Notes under the pieces: model-generated
Databases searched by the model: none
The model's input: only the letters and a program-made list of their open reading frames with translations
Told to the model about the DNA's origin: nothing
Translations under genes and position numbers: made by a program
In this document: positions 26,175-37,427 of the stretch, piece after piece
How positions within the stretch are numbered: the first letter of the stretch is position 1
Layout: the number at the start of each line of letters is the position of its first letter
Origin: Paraspadella gotoi
Lineage: Eukaryota; Animalia; Chaetognatha
Direction: 5' to 3'
Assembly (NCBI GenBank): GCA_051294375.1
Contig: CM119264.1
Coordinates: forward strand, 3,604,689 to 3,668,664
Length of the DNA: 63,976 nt

Positions 26175-26477
26175 TCAAAGCAATTCAACTCTTTTCTTTG
26201 TCAGCATCGAAAAAATCTTTCCTTCCCCTTCCAGGACGTCAGCCAATCTGCTCAGGTGCTCGATCCTCCACTGGTACTCTTTTATTTCCTCGTCGAGCTG
26301 GAGACCCATGGCAACATACTTGTAACTCCATGATTCGAGGTCCTCTTTATTCGTTTCCCGTTTCTGCAACGCGTCCTCAAGGTTGTCCGGCGATCCTTCG
26401 GCAACTTTGACTCTTTCCTGGATTCGAAACGACTCTGGACTTTTTACTTCTTGTGTGTTGAGTTCGAACTTACTCAT
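26175..26477 (-). CDS. Accessory ORF D (100 aa, helical/coiled coil)
   Basis: Intact ORF; frameshifted homologue at 52824-~53115. Confidence 0.6.
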   Translation of the reverse strand: MSKFELNTQEVKSPESFRIQERVKVAEGSPDNLEDALQKRETNKEDLESWSYKYVAMGLQLDEEIKEYQWRIEHLSRLADVLEGEGKIFSMLTKKRVELL

Positions 26478-26556
26478 TTTTAATTTGAGTAACAATTTTT
26501 GCTGAATTAAAACTCAATAGCAAAAAAAAACACAACGGGCAAATATACAATACACC

Positions 26557-27288
26557 TTAATTCACTTCCGGTCTGTTTTGGTATTTTTTTTCTTTTGTAT
26601 GGTTTCTCATTGCTTTTTGAAATTGAGAAAAGATGCGTTCTTGCGCATATCTAACTTTTATCCAGCGGTCATAATAGTTTCTTTGTTCGTTTATGTCAGC
26701 TTCCAACTCTTTCATTTTTTCGTCGTCGTGATTGTGTTTTTCGGTTTGTTTTTTGATGAAGTTTTCGTACGAGTTTTTCATTCTCATGGCGTCTTCAACT
26801 GTCTGTGGAGTGCAGTCTGCCTCCAGACACCATTTCGTATTTTCTTCTCGGAACTTATTTAATTCACTAAACAACAATAACGAAAGTTTCACCTCCTCTT
26901 TCTTAATGATGATAGTCTCACCTTTCTCTCAAGGTTTTCAATCTTTCGATCTATCTCGGTTTTTTCTATTTTGTTTTGAGTTAAGATTTCAGTATAATCC
27001 ACGAATTTACATACTTTTTCTTCGTCTCGTAAATCTACATCCTTCCAGTTTTCTTCGTTCAGGCTTTCCTTCTTTTCTTTAGCTTTTTCTAAGGCTTTTT
27101 TCTGGTTCTGTCTCCTCTTCTTCGAGTTCTGCATGTCGTTTCTCTGCTTCGTTATTTCAACTTCAGGGGAGTATTAATTTCTGTGTGAGATTGATGGACT
27201 CTGGTATTACCTTTTCTCATTTCGTGCCCTTCTTCCATTTCCTGTCAAGTTCGTAACGTTTTATTTTAAAGCCTTTGGCCAGATCCAT
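26557..27288 (-). pseudogene. Accessory ORF C (~245 aa coiled coil), frameshifted in this sequence
   Basis: Reconstructed from 26557-26892, 26889-27134, 48951-49265 and 52030-52753. Confidence 0.6.
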
Positions 27289-27359
27289 CTGGTTAATGAA
27301 ATATTAACTTTAAACTCAATTGAACGAATTTGTCTCTTTTATTGGATTTATTTGGATTT

Positions 27360-28490
27360 TTAATTCAACATTTGTGCAAAGTTTTCAGTCTTTCTCTGCT
27401 TCGTCAATCCTCTTTTTTTCTCTCTCTTATCATTTCAAAGATCTTTTTTCTGGGTGCTGCTTTTCGGCTTTGGTGATGTCTTCCTTTATCTGGTGCAGCT
27501 CTCTGATTTTTTTTCCATGTCGGAGCAGCTTTTTCCGGTTTCTCTTTTTCTCTGTCCTTCTTGCTTTCTTTTTTTTCAGCTTTAACTCCCTTTCGCAAAG
27601 AACGAGATCGTATATTTTCTTTTTTTTTCTCCTTCTTTCTCCCGCTATTGTCTCATTTTTTCGATTTCCTTCCATTCTTCGTTCGAGTTTTTTGCCATTA
27701 TTAACTGAATACATGAACATAATAACTATATCTTTTTTATATGTCTATTACAGTTAACGTTTCGAGCTAGCTTTTTTCTATTTCAACTAGTTTTGTTTCT
27801 CATCCTGATTTTCCGTTCCTCGTCGTTACCGGGTCTTTATCTTTTCAGTTTCTTTGTGGGTGGTTCCGGATTTTCTTGGTATGTTTCGTTTTCTGCTGTT
27901 GTTAAACGTTGTTGTATTGCTGCTGCTGCTGTAGTTGTTCTGCTGTGTGTGATGATGCTGTGTGGTGTGCTGCTGTGTGTATGCTTCTGCTGTTGTCGTG
28001 CTTCTGCTGTTTGCTGTTCAAATTCGGATTTTCTTTGCTTTCTTTTTTGCAATGAGTTTCTTGGGTCTCGTCGTCATATTCCTCCTCTGGATTCTGTAGA
28101 TCTTTTTGTATACCGTTTCGTCTCGTCTCTTGGCATTGGCGGAGGGATGTAGATGCTTTTAATTCTTTCGTCAACTCCGACATCATCTTTCTTCTCCTTC
28201 TTACTGAGTCTAGTACAAGTTATCATCGATGGCTGAGCATATTCCCATGATTGGATGCGTTCGTACTCTTCTCCACAATGTCCTTCATTCTTTTGTCCAT
28301 TGATGATCTTAGTTGTTTTTCAAAACAACTCTTCACAAATTGTTCGATATTCATTGTCACTGTTATTCTCTAATGTCCGAAATGGGTTTCGTAATAATGT
28401 TACTCTAACTTTATTGTTCATTTGTTTCTACTCAAATTTTTTGACTTCTCATTTCTTTATGACTATTTTACTTTGAACGAGTTTTTTCAT
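27360..28490 (-). pseudogene. Accessory ORFs B and A, copy A (indel-rich)
   Basis: Homologous to intact ORFs 51598-51957 and 50915-51538. Confidence 0.6.
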
Positions 28491-28520
28491 TTTTTACAGT
28501 TTTTGCTGTTGACGGCGTTC

Positions 28521-29790
28521 TCACTGCTCCAACTCCAGTTGAACCAGTGCGTTATGGTGACGTCGAAAAGTTCTTCCGTCGGCGAGCCGAACGACTGCTT
28601 CTCTCTTCAAAGGGCCGTCTCCTTTCATCTCGACGACGCAGCCCGTCTTCCATTGGTCTCGTGGCGCATTCGGTTCGACCAGCATGACCACTTGGCCCTC
28701 CTTCAGGTTTTCCGCCGACTTTCGCCATTTTGTCCTCTNNNNNNNNNNNNNNNNNNNNNNNNNNNNNNNNNNNNNNNNNNNNNNNNNNNNNNNNNNNNNN
28801 NNNNNNNNNNNNNNNNNNNNNNNNNNNNNNNNNNNNNNNNNNNNNNNNNNNNNNNNNNNNNNNNNNNNNNNNNNNNNNNNNNNNNNNNNNNNNNNNNNNN
28901 NNNNNNNNNNNNNNNNNNNNNNNNNNNNNNNNNNNNNNNNNNNGTTAATGAAGTAGATGTAAATAAGTATGGGTATAAAAAGTTCGATGGTGACAGTGCC
29001 ACTTCACTTTTAGGATCAGATGATTCAAACGTCAATGGTCGGCGATTTAATATAACCTGCTAACTATCGCTTTAGTATTGTCGAGAATGTTCGACCATCT
29101 AATTCGAGGCATGAGATAGAGGTGCTTCTATATTGTATATAATGATGCACTCCCACGCACCTACACGCAATGTAGGAGCATTTGGTGGTCCGAATATACC
29201 AGGTGAAGCCCTTTTGTCGGGCCGATTCTTTCGCGTTGTTTGTCGTCTTTGAAGTTGGTGAAGTTGCCCTCTCCGATCTGATTGTTTATAGGCCGACGCA
29301 GAGTTGCATGGCAGATTGTGATAACAAGTGTCAAACCGTACTCGATACGATTATATCTGATTTATTAGCCTTAGCATCGTGAGTATATGTTGCGTCCATA
29401 TTTTTATTGATTATGCACGCGGTTGTTAGAACAGTGAAGTATGACGACGGTTCTTTTATTTAGTCCATTCCCCGGCGTGTTTTCACATGGAATGGCCAAA
29501 CAATCAAGACCTGCTGAGCTTCGAGGATTGCTCAGTTAGACGGAAACTCGGGATGCTCGGCCATCTTCCTGCGGAGTTGGGACTTCAAATTCTTTTGGAC
29601 CAACTTCAAGCACCGGCAGGACATCTTCTCTAACGGCTGGTCTTCTCCCATATCAAGTGAAATCAATCTGTCATGAGACCGAATGGATAAAGCCATGGCG
29701 CCCGAATGGATAAGATTAGCGTGTCCTATGTCGAATTAGTGAACTACTACCATTTCGTCACGTCTGATTTGGCAATATTATTAGGTGTTG
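28521..29790 (-). pseudogene. Integrase region of copy A (noisy, gapped)
   Basis: DNA homology to 44718-45728; C-terminus ...DGPLKREAVVRLADGRTFRRHHNALVQLELEQ*. Confidence 0.75.
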
Positions 29791-32700
29791 TTAGATATGG
29801 AGTCTATTTCGAATTTCCCCAAGCCTCCCACCAGTTCTCATGAGCCCTTCCTCATCTATAAACGGACTTAACGCGACAATTCTTGAGTTTCTATGTCTCA
29901 GCTCTCTGTGTGAGTTCGGCGTCATCACCCCTAGTTTCAGCAATTCAAAGATCTCTTTTTCGAATTTTTTTCTTTGGATAGCTTTGATTAACTTTATCTC
30001 GGCTTTTTCAAAATCTTCTCCCGTCATTCGAATTTCTTTTCTTTCCTCCTTTTCTCCTTTTTTCTTTCGAATTTTCATTTCTATCAATTCTTTCACTGCT
30101 TTAGCGAAATAGATTATCCTTCTCACTTTTTTCGCCCAATCACTTATTTTCTCAGTAATTTTTATCACCCAGTCTTCCTTTTCCTCCCCCATTTCTTTTT
30201 TCGGGTATTCACGGGTTGAATTTGCAAATACTAATTCCATTGGACTGAATTCACTATCATCATACATAGCTCCGATATTTACTACTGTTTCTTCTTTTTT
30301 CTTCTTGAGGCTATCCAAATCTTCCGTCACTGGCCAATCTTCTTTCTTACTCCGAAGCCATTCTGGGCCTTTGTGGAACTTTCTCCAGTTTTCCACGTCA
30401 TCTGCGTCAATACCACGGCTTGTAAGGTCAGCTGGATTTTCTTGTGAGGGAATGTACTTCCATTCGTTTGGTCTTGAGAGTAGCCGGATCGTCTTTAATC
30501 GAAAATTTTCATATGTTTTGAATCGTTTTTTCCAGTCCCTAATCCACCTAATCACTGTTATTGAATCTGTGAGCATGTGGATTTCGTCAAACTCCTCGCC
30601 CGCTTCTCTAATCATCGTGTCTCTTGTCTGCGCCGCCAATCTTGCTGCATTCAACTCTAACCTCGGCATCGAATCTCCATGGTCCAACTGGTCTTCAACG
30701 ATAATCTTCTCTTGCATCTTCACCGGAACGACATGTGCTTTCGCAAAAAGAAGCGTCACGTGACTCTTTTCACTTCCTTTATTTTCTTTCTTAATGTATA
30801 TCGCCACTCCGTAACCTTCACAACTTGCATCACTGAACACAATCAACGTCGTCTTCACGCAGTCTAACCCGACAATATTCGTCCATCGCGGGATTCTAAT
30901 TCTCTTTAAGAAGTGCATCTTCTTCCTCCATTTGTCGAACGCCTCAAACAGCTCGTCGGGCAACTTGTCGTCCCAGTCTATTCCTTCCATCACCACCTTC
31001 TGAAATATACTTCGTCCCTTCAGTACAAACGGTGCCACCAATCCCAGCGGGTCAAAGACCGACGCGACCAACTTCAAAACGTCTCTCCTAGTCTTCGCCT
31101 CCTTCTTTGACTTTTCTGTTACGCGGACGAAAAACACATCTCGTTTTGAATTATAGCCCGTTCCCAAGACTTTTGAATCATGTTCCTCCATCGACGGATC
31201 TTCCGGCAACGCGTTTCCGGCTAATCCTTCAAGATTGTCTTCCAATTCTTCTTCCAGACCTTCGTCGACTGCTTCATTCTCTAACTCCTCGTCATCTTCA
31301 CCTTCTCCGGCTTCGTCTGACAGAATTCTTGGGTGAGACGCTTGCCACTTGGTCAACTCGAATCCCCCTCTTCTCATGGCCTCCGTCATGTCCAGCCTCA
31401 TTTTTCGGGCGTCTTTAATTCCATCTAATGCATCAAGATAGTCGTCAACATATACTTTAATAAAAAACGCGATAATGACCTCTGGCGAAAATTCTCCAGT
31501 AAAGCTCAACCTTTTTCCATGGTACTGCAGCACAAATGTAGCAACTCCTGGACTTCCTGCTCCCCCGAACACATGGACCAGCGGCTCGTGAATCTCCAAC
31601 GTCTTCATTGACTCGTCAGTATACCAATGGTACCTAAAAGCTGCTACGTCTTTTGGATGCAACTCTACTTGGTGGAAGAAGCCTTTTATGTCTGCAGAAA
31701 TCGTGTATCTCTTTCGTCGAAATTTCAACAGCATGCCGATCAGCGGAGTCAAGTTGTCTGGTCCCCCAATCAGATGGTCGTTTAGTGCATTCCCATTCAC
31801 CTTGGACGCTGCATCTTGGCAAATTCTAAACTTTCCCGGCTTGTCCGGTCTCGTAACTACGAGTAGCGGTGCGAAACATTCTGGATTACCCGGCGGCGGA
31901 TGGTCAACTAAAGCTTTTCTAGCGTGGCCCGATTCGATCGTCTCCTTCATTGTCTTGAACACACCCTCCTTCAGCATCGGATCTTTCCGCATTTTGTTTG
32001 CCAACTTCCGCGCTCTGCTTTCCGCATTCTTAATTACGTCGTCCTTGACCGTCTCGAAAAACTTAGCGGTCTCTTCCCTCCCTTTCTTCCACGGCGATGG
32101 CGCAACATAGTGTCCGGTCTTTTCATTAAAGTAAATCTCCTTCTCCAACTGCTCCAATGCGTAACAATCTTCCACTGACGGATGCTGCACCTCCGATGGG
32201 TATTTCTCCGTCCCCCTCATTATGAAGTCATGTCGGAACATCGACGCGATCATGTACTCCAGTTTCTCATGCTCATTCGGCGTTGAACAACAGCTTATAT
32301 GATCTCCGCTTTCATTTTCACTCGCTCCTACTAACGTCCACCCAAACAACGTCTTCAAAGCGACAGGATAACCTTCTGGACCTTTTCTTACTTCACCTCC
32401 GACCCATGCATGCGCCAGTCTAGCATCAAGAATCATCTCCACTGAGTCGTCCTCCAACTCAGCAAATTCAACTCCTTCCATGTAATGATAATCTTCGATC
32501 TCTTCATTCCTTGTCGGTCTGTCCGCCTCCGTCGTGAGGACTTCTCCGACCATCACTTTCCTCATCTCCGTGGAAAACGTATTATCTAAATTCGATACTT
32601 CAACATCTCCGTAATCCCTCCAAGCTCTCGAGACTTTATCGTAAGTGGTTAAATTAGTAAATTCAGCATAAGTAGCAACATCTAATTCTCTCGCTAACTT

Positions 32701-32829
32701 CGTCGACATCGCCGATCGAGTAGCGCCGCTGTCTAATAATGCATACGTGACGACCGATTTTTCTCCGTTTCTAACAACGACTGGAACGATCGGCCGGAAC
32801 GCTCCCGTCGTCACGTATGCCGCTGCTAG
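29791..32829 (-). CDS. pol: Bel/Pao pol (aspartic protease, RT, RNase H), copy A
   Basis: ALLDSGATRS, ADIKGFFHQV, YVDD, FDPLGLVAP, FSDAS..GYG, PRLELNAA, TDS, NPADLTSRG. Confidence 0.95.
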   Translation of the reverse strand, partial: LAAAYVTTGAFRPIVPVVVRNGEKSVVTYALLDSGATRSAMSTKLARELDVATYAEFTNLTTYDKVSRAWRDYGDVEVSNLDNTFSTEMRKVMVGEVLTTEADRPTRNEEIEDYHYMEGVEFAELEDDSVEMILDARLAHAWVGGEVRKGPEGYPVALKTLFGWTLVGASENESGDHISCCSTPNEHEKLEYMIASMFRHDFIMRGTEKYPSEVQHPSVEDCYALEQLEKEIYFNEKTGHYVAPSPWKKGREETAKFFETVKDDVIKNAESRARKLANKMRKDPMLKEGVFKTMKETIESGHARKALVDHPPPGNPECFAPLLVVTRPDKPGKFRICQDAASKVNGNALNDHLIGGPDNLTPLIGMLLKFRRKRYTISADIKGFFHQVELHPKDVAAFRYHWYTDESMKTLEIHEPLVHVFGGAGSPGVATFVLQYHGKRLSFTGEFSPEVIIAFFIKVYVDDYLDALDGIKDARKMRLDMTEAMRRGGFELTKWQASHPRILSDEAGEGEDDEELENEAVDEGLEEELEDNLEGLAGNALPEDPSMEEHDSKVLGTGYNSKRDVFFVRVTEKSKKEAKTRRDVLKLVASVFDPLGLVAPFVLKGRSIFQKVVMEGIDWDDKLPDELFEAFDKWRKKMHFLKRIRIPRWTNIVGLDCVKTTLIVFSDASCEGYGVAIYIKKENKGSEKSHVTLLFAKAHVVPVKMQEKIIVEDQLDHGDSMPRLELNAARLAAQTRDTMIREAGEEFDEIHMLTDSITVIRWIRDWKKRFKTYENFRLKTIRLLSRPNEWKYIPSQENPADLTSRGIDADDVENWRKFHKGPEWLRSKKEDWPVTEDLDSLKKKKEETVVNIGAMYDDSEFSPMELVFANSTREYPKKEMGEEKEDWVIKITEKISDWAKKVRRIIYFAKAVKELIEMKIRKKKGEKEERKEIRMTGEDFEKAEIKLIKAIQRKKFEKEIFELLKLGVMTPNSHRELRHRNSRIVALSPFIDEEGLMRTGGRLGEIRNRLHI

Positions 32830-33909
32830 TCAGGACGAACTCTGGTCCTGATCAGCTTCTTCTCTATGGAGAGATGCATGATGCCTCTGTCCACATGTCT
32901 GACATCCCATGAGGTTCGAGCAAGCTCTCGCCAAATGGCCGCGTCCGAAACAGAGTCTGCATAAGCCCTTTTCCTTCATCCAGCTCAACCTCTCGTCGAC
33001 GTTCAACTCGAGAAATTTTGAGCACACCCCCGTGAAGTGAATCTTTTCACAAAAATCACACTTTGAATGTCTGGGTCCTCTGGGTGCATGATTGGTTGGG
33101 TCCGAGTTAGGATTTGAAAAACTTCGATTGGCGGCGACGCTTGCTTTATACGCGCGAGTGGTTGTGGCGGCGCGAACGGAAATATGGTTCCTACCGGCTT
33201 CCCCGGACGTCCTCGCGCAGTTGTAATTCGACCCTCCCAATTTTTCTCCCGCTGCTGACCCCTGCTTCATGAGGATGCCCATCGTCTCCTTTGACCTCGT
33301 CACCTCCTTCACTAATTCCAGAAACTCTTCAAATTTTANNNNNNNNNNNNNNNNNNNNNNNNNNNNNNNNNNNNNNNNNNNNNNNNNNNNNNNNNNNNNN
33401 NNNNNNNNNNNNNNNNNNNNNNNNNNNNNNNNNNNNNNNNNNNNNNNNNNNNNNNNNNNNNNNNNNNNNNNNNNNNNNNNNNNNNNNNNNNNNNNNNNNN
33501 NNNNNNNNNNNNNNNNNNNNNNNNNNNNNNNNNNNNNNNNNNNNNNNNNNNNNNNNNNNNNNNNNNNNNNNNNNNNNNNNNNNNNNNNNNNNNNNNNNNN
33601 NNNNNNNNNNNNNNNNNNNNNNNNNNNNNNNNNNNNNNNNNNNNNNNNNNNNNNNNNNNNNNNNNNNNNNNNNNNNNNNNNNNNNNNNNNNNNNNNNNNN
33701 NNNNNNNNNNNNNNNNNNNNNNNNNNNNNNNNNNNNNNNNNNNNNNNNNNNNNNNNNNNNNNNNNNNNNNNNNNNNNNNNNNNNNNNNNNNNNNNNNNNN
33801 NNNNNNNNNNNNNNNNNNNNNNAATCCCTCTCAGTTATCTTCGGCCCTTTCAGAAGTTCCTCCAACATTTGCTGCGCGGTAAAATTTTTTCGTCCGAACT
33901 CAATCTCTA
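32830..33909 (-). CDS. gag: Bel/Pao gag C-terminal part, copy A (gapped)
   Basis: Cx2Cx3Hx4C, Cx2Cx4Hx4C and Cx2Cx3Hx4H knuckles; ends at an in-frame TGA (32830-32832). Confidence 0.9.
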
Positions 33910-35457
33910 NNNNNNNNNNNNNNNNNNNNNNNNNNNNNNNNNNNNNNNNNNNNNNNNNNNNNNNNNNNNNNNNNNNNNNNNNNNNNNNNNNNNNNNNNNN
34001 NNNNNNNNNTCCTTCCTTTCCCCCCTCTCTTTCCTCCCACGGCGGTATTCGCCCAACCCTCCGATCAAAGAATTCGATTTTTCATAAAGCGCGCCGGGGA
34101 AATTTTTTTATGGCCGCTCAAACCGTAGGAGAGCCGGCGAAAAGGGAGGAATAGAGGAACGGATAGGAGCGAAAATGGGGAAAGCGACAATTGGGGGAGC
34201 GAAGAGATTCGAGGAGCGGTGGAAATGAGAAACGGAAGAAGTGAGGAGTTGCATAGAATGTGGAGCTGGCGTAACGGAAAGTTCGGGTGAGGTTGAGTAA
34301 AAGGTAAGGCGTGGTCCTATAAGGGCGCGATGATGAGAAAGAGAGACAAAAAGAGAGAGAGAAGAGGCAGAGAGAAGTAGATGGGTGAGAGAGTTAGCCG
34401 TTGGGTTAGGTGATGGAGGTATGATTAGGGGTATAGGTAGATTCTGGGGAGGAGGGGGGTGGAGGAGATTGATTTCAGCTGCGACCAGAGCCAGTAGGGA
34501 GAAGAAGAAAAAGAAAAAAAAGAAACAGAGAAAGGGAAGGGAAAAGAAGAAGGCCCGAAAAAAGTTAATACAAAAGGAAAAAGGGGAAAAAAGGACCACG
34601 CTTTGAATAGGTAAATGAAGGAAGAAATATGCATGATGATGCATTGTGAATGATGATGATGAGAGATGGAGATGAGATTTGAATGGAAATGATTGGAAAA
34701 GAAACAAAAAAAAAATGAGAATGATGATTGATGATGATGAATGAATGGTGGTGGTAATTAACTTTTCATAATAGAGATGATTCGAACCATAAAGAGGAAA
34801 GTACATAAGGCAGCTCCAAAAACGGAGGAAAGAAAGAAAAAACGGAGATCATGCTTCTTCGTTTTTATTTCAAGCAGAGGGATTAAGTGACATCCCCTGG
34901 GCGAAATCTTTGATGTCGCTACTTTCGTCAAATTGCTTTTTTCCGAGGTTTAAAAAGAAAAAAAAATATGGTGCTGGCCTTGGAAATGAAGGGTTTAGGT
35001 GGACAGGTGTCATCGAAAGAAGCGTATTTCCTTGCTTGAAAGCAATTTCTGTCACGGTATATTTTAAATAGTTTAAACAATGATATATTTAACATAACTG
35101 CGATGGTTAGAATTTGTTAAATTTTTATTTTATTTTGAGGTCCCATTTTTACGTTAACTACTTTTTTTTTTCATTTCTTCCTTTTTTCTTTTTTTTTTCC
35201 ACGCCTTTTGTTTTATTTTCATTTCTTTCCTTTTACTCCATATTTCGTCATTTTCCCTTTTTTTCGTTTTCCTCAATATTCTCCCGCGAAGAGCGCGTGA
35301 GTCATCCTTCAGACGGCCGACACCGAATCCCAGATCTTCTCCGATCGCAAAAGAAAAAAAAAATATCGAGTCGTTGACTTTTAGTTTCTTCGGACCCGCT
35401 TGGGGTCGCATTACGAAGGAGAAAGGAATCTGGGAGAGAAGATATACTATATAACAA

Positions 35458-35458
<1 letters not shown>

Positions 35459-35540
<82 letters not shown>
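35459..35540. repeat. (AG)n microsatellite
   Basis: Direct observation. Confidence 0.95.
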
Positions 35541-35542
<2 letters not shown>

Positions 35543-36255
35543 AAACAAACGAGGGAAATGTCTTTTTTTCCTCAGAAAGGTCGTCGCATAGGAAAGGCGC
35601 CTCTTAGTCTGACTCTTCGGTTCAAGGGAGAGACGTAAAAAATTCCTTATTGGGGACTGAGCCCTCAGTTTGAGAACAGAGCCCAGTTTGAGAACAGAAG
35701 TCCCAGTCCTCAAACTACAGTCTCAGTCTCCAGAACAGAGCTTCAGTTTGAAGAAGGAATAATACTGTGCCTCAAGGTATATATCTTATCCAGATTTCTT
35801 TCCCGTTTATAATTTCACACATACGTTATACCAGTGCTGTTCATTACAGTGTTAAATCCAGTGAGGCAATGTCCCGATAACTTATTTCTTTTTTGTCTTT
35901 TTATCGACCAAGATCCAATTTTTTTTTTAATATTGCCTATTCCAGGTTATTCAAGGTCTTTTCTTTTGCCACTTTCTTTTTTCCCCTAAATCGAGAAAAA
36001 TTCTCTTTCTTTTTTTTCCTTCGTTTATTTGATGTCAAAATTTTCAAAACGAAGGTTAGCTTCAACAGCAGAGATATTTTTGGCTCTTAGGAAGAGAAAC
36101 ATTTAGAACTTTGTATATAACTCGTTCAAGCGCTAGTCGACCGAACGGAGAGGAGACACGAACATATCTTGTCCTGTAAATATGAAATTGAAGTTTCTGA
36201 GGGACTCTTCGCTTCTAGAAAACCTCCGGATTCGATGCTTACTGAGTCAACCCGG

Positions 36256-36613
36256 AGTTAAGAGAGATCGTGACGCCGCGCGATACTTGGCGTCGACGCA
36301 TAAACACTGATCATTTGTTGAATACGTAACTACGAACTAAAAAAAGTTCAGATACGTCTAAGTGAATGCCAGGGATCGCCCGCTGACGAGAAATGAACGA
36401 CAAATGAACATCGGTTTTCTATCACTCCCCGGATGGAGCCTACTTAGTATGTTATTACTTGCAATGAACAATTATTATTTGACATGAACTTACTATTTGC
36501 CTTGAAGGTTCTACTTCACTTCACACTACATATACATCAATTCGTTAATGAACACGGGCTTCATGGAGATAGAAAGTTTTAGCTGAGGCTTATAGCACTT
36601 ACTGTACTTAATA
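36256..36613 (+). repeat. 5' LTR of copy B (~358 bp)
   Basis: Reverse-complement homology to 22463-22826; lies ~810 bp upstream of gag. Confidence 0.8.
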
Positions 36614-37427
36614 TTAAGAACTAAACTGTCTCCTACGGGATTCTATCTAAACTAACTAATTAAAATTAAAATAGCCGAAGCAGCCTGGGACTTGGAGGAC
36701 TTTTGGCTTCCCGAGTTTTTGGGTCCTAAATAAAATCATAACCTTGATCACGTTCTAATTGTGAACAGTTTTGAGGAATTCGGAAAGAAAGTGGGAGCCA
36801 TCGATAAGGGCACCACGGGAGCCGATCTTTTTTTTTTAAAAAACGATTGGGCCGGATCTTTTGTGATCGGGCCCGGTAAGAACGGGCTGGAGCCGAAGCC
36901 GTCGCAAAGTGAGTTTGTGAAAAAAAAAATGCCAGTCGCTGCTCAAGATGGCGACGGATTGAAACTTTGGCCATAAACCCAGCGATTTTTTAATAACATT
37001 AATAATCAAAATGAGAGAGGAGTTAGACGGTTCGCAAAGAATTACAATACGAACTAAACAAATTTGAAAAATTGTACAATAATGCCAAAGTTTCGTCGAG
37101 GTCCAGGCGACCCGACAGGCCGAAGGGGTCCGGGTGACTGTCCGGAGACTGTTCACTGATCTTGCACAATTTTGTTGTCCGCACACATCCTGCACTTGAA
37201 ACCGATCGCGTAAAGTTATTATTAGATGAGGGTCTTGTAAATTCGGTACCGGGCGTATTAAGGGCTTGGTCCCGTTAGTTGTATTTGACGAGGAGTATGA
37301 GGCGTCTGTAGATGAAGGTGTTGAGGAATCTGATGAGAAAATGAAAGCATTGAGGGTACTGTCATTTTGCCGTCCGGTCCGGTTGTTCCCCAAACTATCC
37401 CACCTGTCGATCTTAGAACCCCTCGTC

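Larger units (their letters stand above)
22463..33909 (-). mobile_element. Bel/Pao LTR retrotransposon, copy A (3' LTR, accessory ORFs, pol, partial gag; 5' end lost in gaps)
   Basis: Gag with three Zn knuckles, protease-RT-RNase H-integrase order, Pao-type motifs, polypurine tract and LTR. Confidence 0.92.

Noticed and set aside
34010-35400. ORFs in purine-rich, low-complexity DNA
   Set aside because: Compositional artefacts next to gaps, with no motifs.
35655-35755. Short ~18-bp repeats (cagtttgagaacaga) as a CRISPR-like array
   Set aside because: Degenerate tandem repeat without unique spacers, in a eukaryotic context.
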